Below are positions 1-9,654 of a stretch of DNA of 64,000 nucleotides, piece after piece. Position numbers and translations under genes: made by a program. The stretch lies in the NCBI GenBank assembly GCA_014804755.1, contig JAAUZE010000008.1, positions 100,109-164,108 of the forward strand. Reading direction: 5' to 3'. Source of the DNA: Lachnospiraceae bacterium (GTDB taxonomy: Bacteria; Bacillota; Clostridia; Lachnospirales; Lachnospiraceae). The first letter of the stretch is position 1. Each line of letters begins with the position of its first letter. The notes under the pieces were generated by a model that saw only the letters and a program-made list of their open reading frames with translations, ran no database searches and had not been told where the DNA came from.

Positions 1-1
1 C

Positions 2-229
2 TGGGAGGAATATACGGAGCATACGAGAGAATGCTATATTGATCAGGACGAATACATGCCGGAGCGAAAAGCGACGACGATGGAGGAACTCATGGAGGGA
101 ATCTGCGAGGTGCTGAAAGAGGATACTCATAAAGAGCAGCGCCATGTCTCGCGCAGACGGATGTTTGCGAAGACGGACGGCAGGTCGTGTGAGCGGTTGA
201 TCCGAAAGATTAAGGATATTAGGAAGTAA
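2..229 (+). CDS. 3' end of an ORF truncated by the window edge; possibly the C-terminus of a TagF/TarL-type CDP-alditol phosphotransferase
   Basis: Frame 2 is open from the window edge to TAA at 227-229 (...RRRMFAKTDGRSCERLIRKIKDIRK*). The tail resembles TagF-family C-termini and lies just upstream of a cytidylyltransferase gene. No start codon is in the window. Confidence 0.3.
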   Translation, partial: WEEYTEHTRECYIDQDEYMPERKATTMEELMEGICEVLKEDTHKEQRHVSRRRMFAKTDGRSCERLIRKIKDIRK

Positions 230-271
230 GGTATCGGAAATGCCCCTAAAAGCGGGCGGATAGGAGCGGTT

Positions 272-982
272 ATGAATGTTGCAATGCTGATCGCCGGCGG
301 AAGCGGGCAGAGAATGAAGCAGGATATACCGAAACAGTTTATCAACGTAAATGACAGGCCTGTCATCGTATATACGTTGGAAGCGTTTCAGAAACATCCG
401 AATGTGGATGCGATCGCAGTCGTATGTCTGCAGGGCTGGGAGGAGATCTTAAGGGCATACGCAAAGCAGTTTAATATCACGAAGCTGCAATGGATTTTTC
501 CGGGTGGAGAAAACGGTCAGGAATCCCTTCGGAACGGTGTGATGGGATTAAAGGAAGTCTGCGACGGTGAAGATCTGGTGATCATTCATGATGCGATCCG
601 TCCGATGGTATCGCAGGAGATCATTTCGGAGAATATCAGCTGCTGCATGCGTCACGGTTCCGCGATCACAGTGATTCCGTGCGCGGAGGCGATGCTTTTG
701 ACGGATGATAAAAACAGCTCCACGGAAATGATACCGAGAGACCGCCTTGCAAGAACGCAGACGCCGCAGGCGTTTCCGCTGAAGAAGCTGGTGTGGGCGC
801 ACGAGGAGGCTGCAAAGCGGGGAATTAAGGAATCCATTGCGACCTGTACGCTCATGATCGAGCTTGGAGAGCAGATTTATTTTTCGACCGGTTCGGAGAA
901 AAATTTGAAATTGACGACGGCGGAGGACATTGAGATATTCAAGGCGCTGCTGCACTCAAAAAAGGATGACTGGATGAAGTAG
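272..982 (+). CDS. IspD/TarI-family cytidylyltransferase (ribitol-5-phosphate or MEP cytidylyltransferase-like)
   Basis: The N-terminal AMLIAGGSGQRM...IPKQF motif and the 236-aa length are typical of the IspD/TarI fold. The polysaccharide-cluster context fits. Confidence 0.7.
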   Translation: MNVAMLIAGGSGQRMKQDIPKQFINVNDRPVIVYTLEAFQKHPNVDAIAVVCLQGWEEILRAYAKQFNITKLQWIFPGGENGQESLRNGVMGLKEVCDGEDLVIIHDAIRPMVSQEIISENISCCMRHGSAITVIPCAEAMLLTDDKNSSTEMIPRDRLARTQTPQAFPLKKLVWAHEEAAKRGIKESIATCTLMIELGEQIYFSTGSEKNLKLTTAEDIEIFKALLHSKKDDWMK

Positions 983-996
983 CTCACACTGCAGGA

Positions 997-2106
997 ATGG
1001 AGGACATGATGCTGGAAAGCGCCCTGTATCAGGAGGATCTGAAAAAAATAAATGAGGTCGTCTTTTCGGGAGAGGAACTCGAACAGAAAAATGTTTTGAT
1101 CACGGGAGGAACCGGCCTGATCGGTTCCTGTCTTGTCGATGTGTTACTCTTCAGAAATGAACATCTGGGAACGCATATCGGTATCTGGGTGCTGTGCCGC
1201 AATGAGGCGCGCGCGAAAGAGGTATTCGGAACCTATTTGGATAAAGAATACTTTCACCTGATCGTTCAGGACGTTTCCGTACCGCTGCCGCCGGATGCTC
1301 CGAAATCCATGGACTATATCATTCACGCCGCAAGCAAGGGAGATCCGAACAGCTTTGTCACAGATCCGCTCGGTGTGATGAATGCGAATGTATTAGGAAT
1401 GCATTGGCTTTTAGAATATGCGAAGCAGGTAAAAGTAAAAAAAATCCTATATCTGTCCAGCGGGGAGGCATACGGAAAGGTGGATCTGCCGGAGGATCTT
1501 CCAATCTCAGAGACAATGACGGGGCTGCTTGACAGTCTGAAAGTCAGAAACTGTTATGGCATTTCAAAACGGGCGGCGGAGACGATGTGCGTCAGTGCGG
1601 CATGTGAATATCAGGTTCCGGTATGCATCGCAAGATTGTGCCATATCTATGGACCGACCATGACGACGGGTGAAAACAGAGTGATTTTTCAGTTCCTCCG
1701 GAAAGCATTGGATCAGGAGGAAATTGTATTAAAAAGCGAAGGGCTTCAAAGGCGGTCTTACTGCTATGTGGCGGATGCGGCGGCGGCACTGTTTACGATC
1801 CTTTTCCGGGGCGCTCCGGGGGAAGCTTATAATGTGTCGAATGAAAAATCCGTCGTGACGATCCGCGGGCTTGCGGAAATCCTCGGCAGCTATGCGGGAA
1901 GCGGCGTAAAATATGAACAGCAGACAGAGTCAGAGCGCAGAGGAAATTCCGGCATTATGCACGCGGTGCTTGATAATCAGAAGCTCTTAGAGCTCGGCGT
2001 TCGTATGGAATATGATATGGAGGCCGGATTAAAGAGGACGTTGGAAATTATGAAGGAGCAAGAAGATGAAAAAAGAAATCGGGATTGTCATATGCAATTA
2101 CAATAA
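997..2106 (+). CDS. NAD-dependent epimerase/dehydratase (extended SDR)
   Basis: Rossmann motif ITGGTGLIGS, a YxxxK-type segment (CYGISKRAAE), and 369 aa. The start is ambiguous among 997, 1006 and 1009. Confidence 0.7.
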   Translation: MEDMMLESALYQEDLKKINEVVFSGEELEQKNVLITGGTGLIGSCLVDVLLFRNEHLGTHIGIWVLCRNEARAKEVFGTYLDKEYFHLIVQDVSVPLPPDAPKSMDYIIHAASKGDPNSFVTDPLGVMNANVLGMHWLLEYAKQVKVKKILYLSSGEAYGKVDLPEDLPISETMTGLLDSLKVRNCYGISKRAAETMCVSAACEYQVPVCIARLCHIYGPTMTTGENRVIFQFLRKALDQEEIVLKSEGLQRRSYCYVADAAAALFTILFRGAPGEAYNVSNEKSVVTIRGLAEILGSYAGSGVKYEQQTESERRGNSGIMHAVLDNQKLLELGVRMEYDMEAGLKRTLEIMKEQEDEKRNRDCHMQLQ

Positions 2107-3391
2107 ACAGGACTATGTGCTCAAATGTCTGGAATCTTTATTTGCTTCTGATACGGACGATTTTGATGTCTACGTCGTGGACAACGCATCGCAGGATGAT
2201 TCCGTAAAACTGATCAGAGAACAATTCGGGGATCGCGTAACGCTTTTGGTCAATCAGGAAAATCTGGGCGGCTCCGGCGGGTTCAACACAGGACTCAGAA
2301 AAGTGCTGGAGAGCGATTACAAATATTTGATGTGCGTGGATAACGATATTGTATTTGCTCCCGATGCGGTCAGCGCGCTGCGCCGCTTTTTGGAGGAGCA
2401 CGAGGATACGGCGGTGGTAGGCAGCAAAGCGTACTTTATGGACGAGCCGGATAAGATCTGGAATTTCGGCGGGATCATCCGCTTTGATACCTTTATTCAG
2501 CAGGATCAGCATAAAAATTGTATCGATGCGGGACAACTTCCGGAGGTGGTATACGGCGATTATGTTCCCGCCTGCTCTCTGATGGCGCGGGTGGATGCGG
2601 TCAGGAAGGTCGGTATCATGCCGGAGGATAATTTTATTTATTGGGACGATATGGAATGGGGGTATCGATTCCGGCAGGCAGGCTATAAGGTCGCGTCCTA
2701 CGGAAAATCGAAGGTGTGGCACAAGGCCGGGGGCAGGAATGCGGGAAACACCTTTATTCATTACTATATGTGGCGGAATCGGATTCATTTTTTCAGACAG
2801 TTTCTTCCGCCGGAGGACAGGGAACGTTTTGCGGAAAGTCTGCTGACAGAAATGTTCCGAATGATCTATAGCGTCAACCTAAAAGGAGAGACGAATATCA
2901 TACGGACGCTCATGTATGCCTTTGACGACGCCGTACACGGAGTAAGGGGAAAAGCAAAAGAGGGAAGAATTCTGCCAAGGCCTGCCGTGGCGAACCGGTT
3001 AGAGCAGGCATTGTCGGGAAAAGAAAGCGTGCTGATCCGATTTAACGGAAGCTTTGAGGGGATCGGAAACATTATCAAAAATATACGGAAAACCCTGCCG
3101 GATATGCGGATCGCGATTTCCACGGCGGACTGTCCTGAGCAAGTGAAAGAGCTGACAACGCAGTATCCGGACTGTGAAGTCACGGAGCGCTATGAGCCGG
3201 AGAAATTTGCGGCCCATCTGGTCATGTGCGAGCATATTTTTAAGCTGTCACCGGACATGGAAAAGGACTGTTATATCGATCCGTGGTGCAACCTGATCTA
3301 CACGGCAAAAGATTTTATCTATGCCAGCAGCTTTGAGCAGACCAAGGATTTGTTTGTGCTGTGTAAGAAAGAGCTTTTGTGCGGCGATTGA
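2066..3391 (+). CDS. Family 2 glycosyltransferase (paralogue A)
   Basis: IGIVICNYNK, DVYVVDNASQDDS, NLGGSGGFNTGLR, MCVDNDIV and FIYWDDMEWGYR match a GT2 GT-A fold. Its start overlaps the end of the SDR gene. Confidence 0.8.
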   Translation: MKKEIGIVICNYNKQDYVLKCLESLFASDTDDFDVYVVDNASQDDSVKLIREQFGDRVTLLVNQENLGGSGGFNTGLRKVLESDYKYLMCVDNDIVFAPDAVSALRRFLEEHEDTAVVGSKAYFMDEPDKIWNFGGIIRFDTFIQQDQHKNCIDAGQLPEVVYGDYVPACSLMARVDAVRKVGIMPEDNFIYWDDMEWGYRFRQAGYKVASYGKSKVWHKAGGRNAGNTFIHYYMWRNRIHFFRQFLPPEDRERFAESLLTEMFRMIYSVNLKGETNIIRTLMYAFDDAVHGVRGKAKEGRILPRPAVANRLEQALSGKESVLIRFNGSFEGIGNIIKNIRKTLPDMRIAISTADCPEQVKELTTQYPDCEVTERYEPEKFAAHLVMCEHIFKLSPDMEKDCYIDPWCNLIYTAKDFIYASSFEQTKDLFVLCKKELLCGD

Positions 3392-3422
3392 AAGCGGACG
3401 TAAAGTATGGAGGAGGAAAGCG

Positions 3423-4847
3423 ATGGATCCGGTTGTAGTATTTGGCGCAGGAACCGGCGGGAAGATCGTGAAGTGGATGCTGAATGATTTTGGTATTCCG
3501 GTCAGGGCCTTTACGGATAACGGCAAGGATAAGTGGGGTACAATACTGGACGGGATTCCGGTGATTCCTCCGGATTCTTTATATGATGACGAAAGCAGGA
3601 TTGTGATCGCAAGCACCTGGGAGAGTGAGATCAGGAAGCAATTGACTGAAATGGGATTGAAAGACCGTGTGGTTGAGAAAGAGGTCTTTATGTATCAATA
3701 CCTGGAACAAAGCGCGGGGGTATATTCCGACCTTTCCGGGTATCCGATCGACAGCAGTAAAAAGCCAACGTTTTTATTCGGCACGGATCTCGGGTTATAC
3801 CAGGGCGGCGTGGAGAGCTGGACCTATACGGTAGCGGACGAGTTAAGAAAAAGGGGATACGGGATCAAGATTCTGACCAATCAGACCTCGCAGCCTGCAC
3901 CGGAACGGTTTCAAAACGACACCTATTATCTGAATATGCGGGGGCGGGAATATTGCAGTGGTTTACGTGATACAGTCCATGTGATCATGGAAAATGCGCC
4001 CTGCGTGGTCATTGATTCCTGGCAGAGCATGACGATGCTTGCGGCGGCAATCGTGAAAAGGCAGAATCAGGTTGCTGTTCGACAACTGATAGAGATAGTA
4101 CATAATAATCTGCCACGGCTCTTTGGAATCGTGAAGAAATTTGAAGCTGAGATCAATGCCTGTATGGGAGTGAGCAGGGATATTAATCGGAGTCTGGTCG
4201 AAGAATATCAAATGGCGCCGGAGAAGGTGCATTATAAAGAGAGCCCGGTAAAATATGATGCAGGCATAGGGCGGGATTATATGTCTGACGAGAGTCAGCC
4301 GCTTCGGATCGGGTACGCGGCGAGGTTGTCGAAAAGTCAGAAAAGGGCGGATTTACTGCCGGAATTGATGGACAGACTGATGGAACGCAAGGTTCATTTC
4401 CGCATGCAGATTGCCGGAAGCGGAGCTCTGCGCGATATGATTCAAAACCATATCACGGAAAAGGGGTACGCGCAGTTTGTGTCCCTTACAGGCTATATTC
4501 CAAGGGAAGAGATGAATCGTTTTTGGAGCAGTCAGGATATTTTTATTAATCTGTCCGAATACGAAGGCACTAGTCTGTCAATGTTGGAGGCGATGGGGAA
4601 CGGATGTGTTCCGATCGTTACGAAAGTCGCCGGATGCGAGGAGTTTGTCGCAGAGGACATGGGATATCTCTGTGAAATCGGTGATCTGGATGCCATGGCG
4701 GAAAAAATTGCATATCTTGACCGGCATAGAGAAAAGCTTGGGCAGATGGGACAGAAAGCGTGTGAATCCGCTAGAAGAAAATGCAGTGTGGAAGCATATG
4801 TGGATCATCTGCTGGGATTGACGGCTGAGGGCAGGGAAAAGGGATAA
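3423..4847 (+). CDS. GT-B fold glycosyltransferase (GT4-like) with an N-terminal Rossmann-like extension
   Basis: The C-terminal motif EYEGTSLSMLEAMGNGCVPIVT is GT4-like. GGAGGAGG lies upstream of the ATG at 3423. The listed ORF start at 3321 overlaps the upstream gene and is unlikely to be used. Confidence 0.7.
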   Translation: MDPVVVFGAGTGGKIVKWMLNDFGIPVRAFTDNGKDKWGTILDGIPVIPPDSLYDDESRIVIASTWESEIRKQLTEMGLKDRVVEKEVFMYQYLEQSAGVYSDLSGYPIDSSKKPTFLFGTDLGLYQGGVESWTYTVADELRKRGYGIKILTNQTSQPAPERFQNDTYYLNMRGREYCSGLRDTVHVIMENAPCVVIDSWQSMTMLAAAIVKRQNQVAVRQLIEIVHNNLPRLFGIVKKFEAEINACMGVSRDINRSLVEEYQMAPEKVHYKESPVKYDAGIGRDYMSDESQPLRIGYAARLSKSQKRADLLPELMDRLMERKVHFRMQIAGSGALRDMIQNHITEKGYAQFVSLTGYIPREEMNRFWSSQDIFINLSEYEGTSLSMLEAMGNGCVPIVTKVAGCEEFVAEDMGYLCEIGDLDAMAEKIAYLDRHREKLGQMGQKACESARRKCSVEAYVDHLLGLTAEGREKG

Positions 4848-4971
4848 GTTTATACTGCCGTAGGCGGTACGAGTGAAGAATATTGAATAGCCGGGAAATA
4901 TTATGAGGCGTTGCAGGAAGGCATGAGAGAGCATTGATTGTACTGTTAAACGTGTATATAGGAGGCTGCGC

Positions 4972-6294
4972 ATGGGCAAAAAAATTGGTATCGTCATTTG
5001 CAATTATAATAAAAAACAATTTGTATTATCGTGCATCCAATCAGTACTGGATTCAAGCAGAAAGGATTTTGACGTCTATGTGGTGGATAATGCCTCGACG
5101 GACGGCAGTGCGGACGCGGTGAAAGCGGCATATGGAGACAGGGTCATTCTGATTCAGAACGAGCAAAACCTCGGCGGCAGCGGGGGATTCAACACGGGAC
5201 TCCGCGCGGCAAGGCAGACGGGATACCCCTATTACATGTGCGTGGATAATGATATTGTGATGGATGAGCATAATATTGAAAACCTGCTTTGTTTTTTAGA
5301 AGAGCATCATGAGGTGGGAATCGTCGGTTCCAAGATCTGCCGCATGCAGCACCCGGAACGGCTCCAGGAGCTTGGAGCGCGGCTGGATTTTGAAAAATGC
5401 ACACATGTTCCTTATTATAAAGACCATTTAGACAATGAGGATATCCCGGAGGTGCAGGATTGCGATTATGTTCCGGCCTGTTCGCTGATGGTTCGGGATG
5501 AGGTGATCGATAAGATCGGGCTGCTCCCGGAAGAAAACTTCATTTATTGGGACGATATGGAATGGTGCTATAAGGCAAAGCTTGCGGGGTATCGGGTTGC
5601 GGCGTACCGACAGGCGAAGGTGCTGCATGATATGGGAACCAATTCCGGGGATACGTATTTTTCTACTTATTATTTCTGGCGAAACAGAATTCGTTTTTTT
5701 GCGAGGTATACACCGCAGGATCAAAGAGAAGCAGCGATAGGAACCTTGCTGGAAAATGTTTTTCAGACCATGTACGGCTGTTATTACAAGGGGAAGACAA
5801 ATCAGATTTCCATTATGATGCATGCGCTTGACGATGCGATTCATCATCTCACAGGGAAGGCGGCCGAGGGAAAAATCCTGCCGAAGGATGCGATCGAAGA
5901 CCGGGTGGCAGGATTGTTTGAGACCTATCATAATGTGGTCGTTGAATTTAACGGGGATTACAAGCTGCTTCAGGATATTGTGAAAAAGATACAAAAAGCG
6001 GAGACGGAAGTTTCTCTGCGGATTGTCAGTGACGATGCGGAGGAAGTGCAAAGACAATATCCGGAATATCCCGTTATAAAGAGGGATCAGGTGTCAATCG
6101 AAACGGTTGAGGACTTAAGCGTGTTGTGGCTTGCGATGTGTGAGCATGTATCCAAAGTGGAGGATCACAGCCTGAAAAAGGTTTATATTGACCCGTACAG
6201 TAACCTTTTGGAGAATGAGCGGGATTTGCAGCATTTTGCGGGGTATCAATATAATAAGGATTTGTTTGTGCGCATGTGGAAGGTGCTGCTGTAA
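4972..6294 (+). CDS. Family 2 glycosyltransferase (paralogue B)
   Basis: It has the same motif series as 2066-3391 (IGIVICNYNK, DVYVVDNASTDGS, NLGGSGGFNTGLR, MCVDNDIV, FIYWDDMEWCYK) and the same length class. Confidence 0.8.
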   Translation: MGKKIGIVICNYNKKQFVLSCIQSVLDSSRKDFDVYVVDNASTDGSADAVKAAYGDRVILIQNEQNLGGSGGFNTGLRAARQTGYPYYMCVDNDIVMDEHNIENLLCFLEEHHEVGIVGSKICRMQHPERLQELGARLDFEKCTHVPYYKDHLDNEDIPEVQDCDYVPACSLMVRDEVIDKIGLLPEENFIYWDDMEWCYKAKLAGYRVAAYRQAKVLHDMGTNSGDTYFSTYYFWRNRIRFFARYTPQDQREAAIGTLLENVFQTMYGCYYKGKTNQISIMMHALDDAIHHLTGKAAEGKILPKDAIEDRVAGLFETYHNVVVEFNGDYKLLQDIVKKIQKAETEVSLRIVSDDAEEVQRQYPEYPVIKRDQVSIETVEDLSVLWLAMCEHVSKVEDHSLKKVYIDPYSNLLENERDLQHFAGYQYNKDLFVRMWKVLL

Positions 6295-6490
6295 GCAGCA
6301 CAGAGATGTCGAATGAAAATGTGTATATTATCGCCGGATGTGCCGTTCTTGGGAATAAAATAGTACAAACGGGATAAAGTGTAGTGCAAAATAAAATAAA
6401 GTATGATATGATACAAGTTAGGTTAAATATATCGGACGCGTCCGGAGAGGGCGCAAAAATATCACGTTTATCATTAGGAGGAAAGAAAAC

Positions 6491-6967
6491 ATGAAAAAAG
6501 GCGGCGTAGCAGTATTTTCCACATTGGTCGGAGCGATTGCAGGGTTTGCGGGAAGCTCCTATCTGGGCAACAAGCAGGTTGCACAGAAGGCAGAGAAGGT
6601 TGACAAGTTCAAGGGTTATTACAACATGCTTAATCAGTGGCTTGTATTAAAGCAGGAGGGTAAATCCTTAGAGAAGTACTTCACGGACAACGGTTATAAG
6701 ACGATTGCCATCTACGGTATGGGAGAGATGGGAAACCGTCTGTATGACGAGCTGAAGGGGACTTCCGTAACCGTAAAATACGCGGTTGACAAAAATGCGG
6801 CAAGCACTTACTCCGAGTTGGATGTCATTGATCCCGAGGACGATTATGAAGAGGTTGACGCGATCGTTGTCAGCGCGATCTTCGCTTTTGATGAGATTGA
6901 GGAGATGCTGAGCGACAAAGTTGAATTCCCGATCGTATCCTTAGAGGATGTCGTGTACGAGGTATAA
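6491..6967 (+). CDS. Small membrane-anchored protein with a Rossmann-like module; function unknown
   Basis: Strong RBS (AGGAGGAAAG) and an N-terminal hydrophobic helix. The IAIYGMGEMGNRLYDEL segment resembles the N-terminal module of the 3423-4847 protein. Confidence 0.5.
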   Translation: MKKGGVAVFSTLVGAIAGFAGSSYLGNKQVAQKAEKVDKFKGYYNMLNQWLVLKQEGKSLEKYFTDNGYKTIAIYGMGEMGNRLYDELKGTSVTVKYAVDKNAASTYSELDVIDPEDDYEEVDAIVVSAIFAFDEIEEMLSDKVEFPIVSLEDVVYEV

Positions 6968-7038
6968 GCGCGGGAAGCGTTTGCCGGGAAGATCACAGAA
7001 GCTGTGATAGAACGGTTTTGTTTATGATGATAGTGGCA

Positions 7039-7070
7039 GGCGCCCAAGTCATAAGACTTGGGCGCTTTTC
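7039..7070 (+). terminator. Rho-independent terminator closing the polysaccharide cluster
   Basis: GGCGCCCAAGTC-ATAA-GACTTGGGCGC followed by TTTTC. Confidence 0.8.
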
Positions 7071-7449
7071 TTAGCTTATAGGAAACTCTTTTTTACACGA
7101 TTCAACCGTCAGGTGAATTTTTATATCAAAACATCTGGTCATTGTAACAACGAATAGGATATCTGCTCTTGCTTTTTTGCCGATCAGGATTCATAATATT
7201 TGATAAGCAGCGATTGTGAATCGCAGAACATAATATGTGCGTAACTTTGCTTGTGGATAAGAGATAAGGAGGGATGCACGATGCTGTGTCATATGCGCAT
7301 TGACTTAGGATTCAATCTCTGTACAAGGTCTGATCGTTGGGCAATCCTTGTGCAGAGGGAAAACTAAGAGAATATTCATTGCCCGCATCGGATTTTGTAC
7401 TTATAGGGAACCGCAAATATGAAAAAATAACTATAAGGAGAGAAATTCG

Positions 7450-8724
7450 ATGAATCATAATTATAAAAAATATATTGTTTTTTGGTTAAGTCAGGCGGTA
7501 TCGCAGCTTGGAAGTCAGCTCACGGGGTTTGCATTGATTCTGTGGGCGTATTCACAGAACCATTCTGCGATGACGGTTTCTTTGATGTCCTTTTTTAACT
7601 ATGTACCTTACATTTTAGTGAGTCTGGCGGCGGGAGCGTTTGTTGACAGCCATAGCAAAAAGGGGATCATGCTGGTATCGGATACGATCGCGGCGATCTG
7701 TTCCGTGGTCGTACTCTTTTTAAGCATGTCGGGAGGGCTGCGGGTCTATCATATCTATATGGTCAATTTTGTGATCGGGCTGACGAGCGCGTTCCAAGGA
7801 CCCGCGTCCGCGGTGGCGGTCGGAAAAATGGTGCCGGAGGAGAAACTTGCACAGGTGAGCGGGATGAACTCTTTTTCGGGTAATCTGATCATGGTGTTGG
7901 CGCCGGTGCTTTCCGCGTCGTTATTTGCATTTGGCGGATTAACGATGGTATTAGTGGTTGATCTGTCAAGCTTTGTTTTTGCATTTGCGGTGCTGCTGTT
8001 ACTGATATATATTCCCGAAAATGAGCGGTTACAAGACGATAAAAAATCAATATTTGAAGGATGTGCGGAAGGGTTTCGTTATCTGGCGCGGCAGAAGGCG
8101 ATTTTCACGATCATCATTACGATGGCGCTGCTCAATTTTTTCTCAAGGCTTACCTATGAGAATATTTTGTCGCCCATGATCCTGGCAAGGAGCGGAAATG
8201 ATTCTTTGACGCTCGGGATCGTAAATGCGGTGATGGGGATCGGCGGCATTGCAGGCGGAATTTTGGTTGCCGCGGGGAAGTTTTCGAAGAATAGCGTAAA
8301 GATGATTTATTTTTCCGCGATGTTGTCTTTTTTGCTGGGCGATCTTCTGATGGGTATGGGACGCGGCGTTGTCCTGTGGTCGTTTGCGGGACTGATGGCA
8401 AGTCTGCCGATTCCGTTTATCAATGCGGGTCAGAATGTCATTTTTTATCGTACGGTGCCGACGGAAATGCAGGGCCGGGTATTTGCGGTGAGAAACGCCA
8501 TTCAGTTCTGCACGGTTCCGGTTGGCATCTTATTAGGAGGATTTTTGGCCGACTATGTCTTCGAACCGTTTATGGCGGCGGAATACGGTGTGGTTTCTGC
8601 GCTTCAATTGCTCGTCGGGAAAGGCGCAGGAAGCGGTATGGCGGTGATGTTTTTGTGCACGGGGCTGTTGGGAAGCTTTTTCAGTTATGTGTGCTACAGA
8701 ATCTATGAGAGTCATGCGGAATAA
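7450..8724 (+). CDS. MFS transporter (efflux-type, about 12 TM helices)
   Basis: 424 aa, hydrophobic throughout. The N-terminus FWLSQAVSQLGSQLTGFALILWAY is typical of the Mef/EntS-like MFS subfamily. Confidence 0.7.
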   Translation: MNHNYKKYIVFWLSQAVSQLGSQLTGFALILWAYSQNHSAMTVSLMSFFNYVPYILVSLAAGAFVDSHSKKGIMLVSDTIAAICSVVVLFLSMSGGLRVYHIYMVNFVIGLTSAFQGPASAVAVGKMVPEEKLAQVSGMNSFSGNLIMVLAPVLSASLFAFGGLTMVLVVDLSSFVFAFAVLLLLIYIPENERLQDDKKSIFEGCAEGFRYLARQKAIFTIIITMALLNFFSRLTYENILSPMILARSGNDSLTLGIVNAVMGIGGIAGGILVAAGKFSKNSVKMIYFSAMLSFLLGDLLMGMGRGVVLWSFAGLMASLPIPFINAGQNVIFYRTVPTEMQGRVFAVRNAIQFCTVPVGILLGGFLADYVFEPFMAAEYGVVSALQLLVGKGAGSGMAVMFLCTGLLGSFFSYVCYRIYESHAE

Positions 8725-8792
8725 AAAGAAGAATTTAACGTAAGAGAATGTATAGCAGCGGAGCGGCAGATAAGGACTGAAAGGGGAAACGA

Positions 8793-9635
8793 TTGGACAG
8801 ACTGTTACTCATTGACGGAAGCAACCTGTTGTTTCAAATGTTTTTTGGCATGCCGGCAAGAATCGTAAACGGGCAGGGAAAAGCGATTCAGGGGACGCTC
8901 GGCTTTGTGGGCGCCATGTTAAAAATCATCCGCATGGTGGAACCCACGCATATGGCGGTCCTATTTGACGGAGAGCATGAAAATCCCCGATGTGAGCTGG
9001 ATTCCGCTTACAAAGCGAACCGGCCGGATTATAGCACGGTATGTGAGGAAGAAAACCCGTTTTCCCAGCTGCCGGATGTATATAAAGCGTTGGATTTCCT
9101 TGGAATCAGGTACATAGAAACGATGGATTGTGAGGCGGACGATCTGATCGCCGGTTATGCGCTGTCATTCGGTCGGAATGAGGAGGTCGTGATCGCATCG
9201 TTTGACAGTGATTTTTTTCAGCTTATCACGGACAAGGTATCCGTGCTTCGTTATCGCGGTGAAAAAACAATGATCTGCACGCCGGAATATGTCAAGGAGA
9301 AATTTGATATTGCGCCGGAGCAATATGCGGATTGGAAATCGCTTGTGGGCGATACGGCGGACAACATTAAAGGTGCGGAAAAGGTTGGCGCAAAGACGGC
9401 GGCTTCGCTGCTTCATGAGTTTGGCACGCTGGAACAGGTTCTTTTTTATGCGGAAAAGATCGCAAAACCGTCCGTGAGACAATCCATCCTCCGGAATGCA
9501 GACAGGCTTCGGGTCAACTATCAAATGATCAAGCTTGCGGGCGGGGCGGCGCTGCCGTTCAGCGGGCAGGAATTGAAGTACCGCTATGACGGAAGGACGA
9601 CCAATGAGGTGTTGACGGGGATCGGATTGCGGTGA
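8793..9635 (+). CDS. 5'-3' exonuclease (FEN/Pol I N-terminal domain family)
   Basis: LLLIDGSNLLF and the acidic clusters (FDGEH, EADDLIA, SFDSDFFQL) indicate a PIN-like domain. GDTADNIKGAEKVGAKTAASLL is an H3TH (helix-3-turn-helix) motif. The start codon is TTG. Confidence 0.8.
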   Translation: MDRLLLIDGSNLLFQMFFGMPARIVNGQGKAIQGTLGFVGAMLKIIRMVEPTHMAVLFDGEHENPRCELDSAYKANRPDYSTVCEEENPFSQLPDVYKALDFLGIRYIETMDCEADDLIAGYALSFGRNEEVVIASFDSDFFQLITDKVSVLRYRGEKTMICTPEYVKEKFDIAPEQYADWKSLVGDTADNIKGAEKVGAKTAASLLHEFGTLEQVLFYAEKIAKPSVRQSILRNADRLRVNYQMIKLAGGAALPFSGQELKYRYDGRTTNEVLTGIGLR

Positions 9636-9654
9636 TGAGGAAAGCGGGCTTTGC

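Noticed and set aside
2138-2788. Long antisense ORFs opposite the GT2 genes (also 5428-6057, 29981-30637 and 55625-56320)
   Set aside because: They are shadow ORFs opposite well-supported genes. They have no RBS and no motifs, and their Arg/His/Ile-rich composition is typical of antisense frames.
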